Assembly (NCBI GenBank): GCA_030265395.1
Contig: JARFYF010000119.1
Coordinates: 5,467,393 to 5,531,392 of the forward strand
Source: Rhina ancylostomus
Taxonomy: Eukaryota
Direction of reading: 5' to 3'
DNA length: 64,000 nt
Below are positions 57,856-64,000 of the stretch, piece by piece (within the stretch, counting starts at the first letter, position 1; each line of letters starts with the position of its first letter). The position numbers and the translations under genes are program-made. Under the pieces are notes generated by a model. That model ran no database searches. It saw only the letters and a program-made list of their open reading frames with translations, and was not told the origin of the DNA.

Positions 57856-59211
57856 TTAAAATTTATTTCTGTTCCAACATTTTCTATTTTTATTTCGAGT
57901 ATGCTCTTGTCTATTGGAATACTTCTTTAATTGACTTTTTTAAAACCTTGGAATGTTCATTATCCCCTTCCATAGCTATTCTAAATATTATTTTGATTGC
58001 TGTTTCCTAGATATTCCCTCACTGATACTTACTCCACTTGGGCTGCTTCATTTCCCAGAATCACGTCCAGCAATGCTGCCTTGCTCGTAGGGTGGAAAGT
58101 ATTGATCAGAAAAAATTTCCTGAAGATGCTTCAGAAATTGTTTTTGTCCCTATCGTTATTTTTATTTGAATAATTTAAGTCCCTTATCACTGCTGTCTTT
58201 TGCGTATCTCTAATTTATCTGTACATTTACTCCTTCCCACTTGTGACCAATGCAATAGTTGTGGTTGTGTTAATCATACTGCCTTTTTTCCATTCTATCC
58301 CCACCCCTAAATTTTGCAGTTAAATCTCACACCTTCCATAAACTTGTACATTGAGTTAGCAGCAAGCTGCTCCAGGGCTCCATTTACTTTCACTGTCATT
58401 ACTTTCCCTCTACTTTTGATGTAACTCTTCCCTCTTGTATGTGGTGGCCTTGTTTGTATTTCTCATGATACAGTGCAGGGATGGCACAAATTTCTGTCTT
58501 CAGGATGTGCATGGAATGAAGTTGTGAAGGGGAGTGGGGTGAGGGATAAGTGGAAGTAAGTTCGCTTCACACAGCTTATCTGTGTTCCCATGAATTTTTG
58601 GATGTCTTATTTTACTGATTAAGAGTTATGACCAACAGAGCAGGGACATCAAGAAGAGCTGCATGCAAACTTAAGATTTAACTGCTTGGGCCTTTTGAAG
58701 TTTGGACATCCAGGGCTTGGGAACCACAGTTTGCACATTTCTGACATATAAAAGGCTAGGAAACTACTCTGTTAAAATGTATTTGACTTATTGGAGTGGT
58801 TGTGCATTTATCAGGGGGCTGTGCTGGTTTCTGTAGCTTTGGGCTCTACAGCGATACCAACTGCATACACCACTCCAGCTTAAAACTGTTGTTTTTTCAA
58901 CATAGCAAGTGTTTTGGTCTTTAAAAGAAAATGGATCCCAGACATGAAGAACCTTTCATTTTGTACTACATTTTGGTTGTGCTATCTGTAGATCTACAAA
59001 ATTTTTTTTAACGGATAATTATTCTAATGTTCAGTGTTAGATGCATGTGCACGCACCAAGTGTAGGCATGTTTTAAAGTATAATTGATTATCTAAAATAT
59101 ATTTTAGAAAGCTTCCTGGGAGACTTCAGATGTAATATCCATGCAAAATTTTAATTGCTACCAAGTAAAATAAGCCTAAGATAATGTTACTGCTTGTTTG
59201 TGTCCACCTAG

Positions 59212-59425
59212 ATACCACATTTGTAGTCGAAGCTCGCAATAACCCCAGTATTGGAGAAGGAAGTGTCGGGGGCTTAACAGGCAGTTTGAGTGCCAGTGGC
59301 AGTCACATGGACAGAATAGGGGTAATACGAGACAACCTGAGTGAAACAGCGAGCACAATGGCACTGGCTGGAGCTAGTATCACTGGAAGTCTTTCTGGGA
59401 GTGCGATGGTCAACTGTTTCAATAG
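59212..59425 (+). CDS. RNF19A: RNF19A coding exon 7
   Basis: TGTCCACCTAG|AT ACC; encodes DTTFVVEARNNPSIGEGSVGGLTGSLSASGSHMDRIGVIRDNLSETASTMALAGASITGSLSGSAMVNCFN. Donor TAG|GTAAGC, 214 nt. Confidence 0.96.
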
Positions 59426-59774
59426 GTAAGCCTCAAATTTTTTTTCATTACAGCTCTTTTAAATGGATCTTCCAAAATAAATACTTACTTGGCGTTAATG
59501 ACAGTGAAATGGAAGGGAAGAGAACATGACAGCATGCAAATAAAACGCATGCTAAGATAAATTTGACTTGGAAGTGCCCAGTCCAATTTCATGTTGGGCA
59601 GGACCTCCACCAAAAAAGGGCACTTTTGCAAAAATCATGCACAAAACCACTTTAATGTATGACTTGTGCATTGAAATGGAAAGCTCACATTCTAATTTCT
59701 AGGCTTCAGTGTTTGGGATGTACATTGTTCATTCATTGCTGGGATCTAGCAAGCTGGAGTCTCACAGATATCAA

Positions 59775-60560
59775 AGAAAATTTACAAAACAGGAGGAGGT
59801 TATTCAGCCCATTATGTATATTCTGGTTAAAGAAGGGCTACTGACCTCAGCCCATTATCCTGCATTACAACCACAGCTTGGCGGGTCACATCTGTTCAAG
59901 TCTTCCAAGTACTGTTTAAATCTGATTAGGGTTCCTACCTCTATCACCCTTTCGAGTAGTGGGTTCCACACCCATATCACTTATTGTTTATTCATCTCCC
60001 TTCTGATCCTACCATTATATTAAATCTATGTCAAATGGGTTTTCACCCTTCAGCCAAACCAAGTAGGTCCTTTCTGTTTACCTTATCTAACTAAGTCTTT
60101 CATCATGTTATAGACTTCCATTAAGTCTCTCCTCTCAGCCTCCTATTTGCCAAAGGAAACAACTGTGGGTTACCTACACTTTCCTCGTAGTGACAATTTT
60201 CCATTCCTGGCAATGAGTTGTTTGCAAGTCTACTCTACACCTTCTCCAGTCTAATAATATCTTTCCTGTAATGTGGTGACCAAAACCATGCCTGGTACTC
60301 AAGCTGCAGGCCAAATAGTTTTGCTGATAATCTCCCTGCTCTGATATTTTATGCCTCAGATATAAGGAAAGCAGACTTATTGACCTGTCCTGTTGCATTT
60401 AAAGATCTGTGGGATATACAATCCAAGATCCCTCAATTCTTCTTTACATCACTCAATATCCTTCTATTTATTCTCTATTTCCTCGTCTTGTTGCACCTGT
60501 ATTACCTCACATTTTTCCAGATTAAATTCTATCTGCCAATTGTCTGCCTCATTTTCTCAG
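59775..60560 (-). mobile_element. CR1-type LINE 3' fragment
   Basis: ACAGGAGGAGGTTATTCAGCCCAT (antisense CR1 tail), TTCCTGTAATGTGGTGACCAAAAC...GTACTCAAGCTG (QLEY..FWSPHYRKD) and CACATTTTTCCAGATTAAATTCTATCTGCCA (WQIEFN..KC). Confidence 0.8.
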
Positions 60561-60677
60561 TTGATATACTGCGCAAGAAAGAATAAAAACTGGCACTTAT
60601 AATGGCAGGTAATTTTGGAGTGTAATCATTATTGTAATATAGGAAACTGTGTTGCCCCAAGCCAGAAACATATTCAG

Positions 60678-60830
60678 CAAAAAACAAACTGCTGGAGGGT
60701 CAAGAAGCATTTGTGGAGGCCTGAAACATCAACAATCCCTCTGCTTCCGCAGATGCTGCCTGACCCAGAGTTCATCCAGTATCTTGGTTTATTTTGCTCC
60801 AAATTACAGCATCTGCAGTCTCTTGTGTCA
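60678..60830. mobile_element. Penelope-derived foldback element with internal deletion
   Basis: CAAACTGCTGGAGGGTCAAGAAGCATTTGTGGAGG pairs with CTTCCGCAGATGCTGCCTGACCC..TCCAGTA, followed by CAGCATCTGCAGTCTCTTGTGTC. Same family as 32788-32995. Confidence 0.7.
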
Positions 60831-61039
60831 ACATATTTAGTTGGGACTCTTGCTTTAATGAACATAACCAAAACATGATGTGAGCTATGTTTGCAAGTAT
60901 TACAAATTAGCCATATTTTTGTTAGGTCAAGATACTCATGTGACAACTGACTGGTATCAACAATGAAAGCCCTGGTCATTTCTCTTCTCCACTCGCCTCA
61001 ACCCCAATCCCTAAAATTAGCATTCGTGAATACAATAGG

Positions 61040-61235
61040 ATTTATTTATTAGTCACATGTACATTGAAACACACAGTGAAATGCAGCTTTTGCATAGAGT
61101 GCTCTGGGGGCAGCCCGCAAATGTCGCCATGCTTGCGGTGCCAACATAGCATGCCCACAATGTCCTAACCTGTACGTCTTTGGAATATGGGAGGAAATTG
61201 GAGCACCCACGCAAACATGGGGAGAACGTCCATAG
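61040..61235 (-). mobile_element. V-domain SINE with Rex/Babar-like tail
   Basis: Contains the antisense V-domain GGGAGGAAATTGGAGCACCC..CATGGGGAGAACGT; near-identical to 18036-18200. Confidence 0.75.
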
Positions 61236-62091
61236 GTTCAATCTTCAGATCAGTGTATGTTACCTATTTTCAAACAAAGTAGGCTGAAGGATACTAAAAT
61301 GGGCCTCTGCATTTGTAGGCTAGGGAGAGAAAATGTCCCCTGTCTACTGTGCAATAATCTTAAAGCAGTCAATGTATGTGGATGTTGATTGAGAGAATTG
61401 GGTTCAGCTGGAGTGCCCTCCTGTGGCCAGAGATTCCAATGACACTTGCAGTCAAAGCTCAGAGAATGAGTTGCATGAGGCAGCTCTCGAGAGTGTCAAG
61501 AATCTGTGATTGTAGCCAAGAAAGGAAAGGACAAATCGGCAAAATGAAATATAAATGCCTAAATAACCCAATTTTTAAAATATTTTGATNNNNNNNNNNN
61601 NNNNNNNNNNNNNNNNNNNNNNNNNNNNNNNNNNNNNNNNNNNNNNNNNNNNNNNNNNNNNNNNNNNNNNNNNNNNNNNNNNNNNNNNNAGTTCGAAAAG
61701 CAGAAATATTAATTTCTGAGCTATTTCAACAATGTTTTTTGACAGTTTCATATTTTGACCATTCTGTGGGAGGAAACTTTAAAATATTGTTTATCAGCTG
61801 GCGGCAACACTATCTTTAATAAACATAATCGTTCATAATCATTCTGTCACACAACCTCCACAGCTACAGTGTAAAAAGTTGCTACTGCTCTGTTCCCCTA
61901 TTAATAGCGAAGTGAAGCTACTTTTCCATTTTAGAAAAGTGCATAAAAAAAGATGTATAGTTCAAGAGCACTCAAATATGGCTTTCTTTCACACTAAATG
62001 ATTCAAAGTTGTCATCTTGTAAAAGTTGTGTTCTGGGGAGACTGTTTTATGTGGTTTTTTTTTTCCTTTTTTAAAATCTAATTTATCATAG

Positions 62092-62235
62092 GCTAGAAGT
62101 ACAGGCGGATATCCAGAAGGAGCAATATAGTCTCAGCGGCGAGTCAGGCACAGTCAGTATTGGGACCATCAGTGACAATGCCAGCACACGGGCCATGGCA
62201 GGATCAATTATCAATTCCTACAACCCACAAGACAG
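62092..62235 (+). CDS. RNF19A: RNF19A coding exon 8 (last canonical exon visible; gene continues beyond window)
   Basis: TTTATCATAG|G CTA GAA; encodes [48 protein letters not shown]. Donor CAG|GTCTGT, 144 nt. Absent from the ORF track; translated by hand. Confidence 0.95.
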
Positions 62236-63712
62236 GTCTGTTACTTTGCTGACATTTTTAATGAATTAGCTTGTGATATTTAAATTATTGATTTTTTTGA
62301 AATGTGTTCAAGCACTGGAAAATAAATAAAATGGATTTTTAAAAAATATATTTTAAAGAAAGAAGATATATAAAGTTACTGGAGATTTGTTGTCTCCCAT
62401 TTGGTTTTGTAAGTTCTTTGATGGTGCCTTGCTGTTCACAATACTAATGCTGAAAAAGAACGTGAAATTATATGGCTCCCTCTTATCATCAAATCCAATC
62501 AATATATTGCACATCTAATTAAGTACTCTTATAAAGCAGTCACAACAGTAATGCAGGATTTTTGATGGCTAAACTGTACTCAGCTGGGCCTTATGAGCCT
62601 CGTGGCTGCTTCAAAAGTTCTGATACTGAACCAAGAAATGTATGTGAAATTTGATTAAAAGTTGCATTTCTGCTTTCTGTAAAACACAACACAAGTTGCA
62701 TCACAGACTGACTGGTCCCACATGACATTGCCAGCTGTGGTCTTGCACATACTGACAATTATGAAGCACATCTGAGTCTAATCCTTAAATTGCTGACCCT
62801 TGCACTCTTCCATTGTGTTACTCACGTTGGTTGTAAAAATTAAAGGCTCATCAAAATGAAGTTCTATACTTCTGAGAAATTGAAATACAGATTTTGCAGC
62901 TTTGGGTAGATCAGATTGACACAAAAAGGTCTGACCAGTAATGCAGTTCCAGCGCCTCAAATTCTCTTGCATGGAATTTCCTTTCCTTTTATTTTTTTGG
63001 ATGTATTTTTGTCCTACTGCTAATGTGGACTTCAGTTTCAGAGTTGGACCACTTTACTTTTTTTAAGCTTTGTGTTTTTCCAGAGAGGGGAAATGTGAGT
63101 TTTGAATATTTTTGAAAATACAGAACTAGTGCAGTCCAGCAGAACCAGCATGCTCTATAATGACATTTGGTTGGATTTTAGTCTGACTATCCCTTTTGAG
63201 CACGAAGAATTTACCTCTCCATTCTGAACACGGCTTGTGAGAAATAACCCAGAGAACTTCTATTTGATTCACAGTAACTGATTTTAGAAATTATACAGAA
63301 GTACATCTTTATGTGGGCTTGCAGTTATCAGATTGGTCCCTGCAATCATGTCAAGTATAGAAATTTTTTGAACACCTAGAATAGCAAAGCCCTTTCTGTA
63401 AGTACCCATCAGGAAGGAACGTTTCTGGTTTGCGTAAAACTGACATTCACAGAATAAAGCCGCCTCTTGTTTATTGAAAGAACCAAATTCTGTGGGGGTA
63501 CATGGATCATTTCTGTCCTAATATCTGAAGCAGTTTTAAAAAGTCTGTTTGAAAGAGGATTGGTTATTAAGCTTGAAAATCATGCTTTGCAAAATGCATA
63601 ATTGTAAACCAGCCATTTCAATAGACTTGTTTCTCAAACTGCGTGTGAATTATATATTTTAAAGATTGCATTTGTTCACAAGTTAATGCACCACTACATT
63701 CCTTCTGCCAGC

Positions 63713-64000
63713 TTTTTTTATATTCATGGGATATGGATTGTACTTGGCAAAATCAGCTTTAATTGGTCATATCAAATTGTCCTTGAAGTTAGCTGCCATC
63801 CTTGACACAAAGCAAAAGAATTCCAGGATCTTGCATCAGTGGCAATAAATTGCAAGACAGTAATTCATGTCGGGGAGTTCAGAATGTTGTTAATTGCAAG
63901 ACCATCATTCAAGTGTTTTGTTACTTGTGTGAACCTTCAAATGGATTAATACCTGCAGGTCTTCTTGTTACCTATTTAGCAATAGGTTTAGAGTTCTCAA
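63713..64000 (-). mobile_element. LINE 3' end (same family as 22985-24363), runs off window
   Basis: TTTTTTTATATTCATGGGATATGG..CAGCTTTAATTGGTCAT..AATTGTCCTTGAAG..GAATTCCAGGATCTTG is the antisense tail. Confidence 0.55.

Noticed and set aside
1-64000. Prokaryotic-type systems (CRISPR arrays, operons, defence loci), rRNA or viral genes
   Set aside because: No regularly spaced repeats, dense ORFs or rRNA similarity. The window is a spliced vertebrate gene with retroelement-filled introns.

Overview
Eukaryotic, AT-rich, gapped draft-assembly window from a cartilaginous fish (shark or ray, inferred from its repeat families). It is almost entirely one plus-strand gene, the RBR E3 ubiquitin ligase RNF19A (Dorfin). 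The gene has a CpG-island promoter with a probable non-coding first exon (donor after 1608), a ~27.6 kb first intron, and eight coding exons from 29362 to 62235. These splice in phase into 575 codons covering RING1, IBR, RING2, two transmembrane segments and the start of the Ser/Gly-rich tail. The large canonical last exon lies beyond the window. Introns are filled with decayed retroelements: CR1, L2, RTE and Rex1/Babar LINEs, Penelope-like elements, DeuSINEs, V-SINEs and one LTR spanning a gap. Repeat names come from my recall of consensus motifs, not from a database search, and repeat boundaries are approximate. I found no clearly new biological system. The best leads are: an in-frame alternative donor adding 38 aa to the IBR-RING2 linker; a candidate short terminal exon or microexon after the last visible coding exon; a uORF cluster plus a UUG in strong Kozak context upstream of the start; decayed hammerhead-ribozyme cores in Penelope-derived repeats; inverted DeuSINEs bracketing the promoter; a tail-to-tail L2 pair; and an unexplained ~78-bp intronic duplicate.
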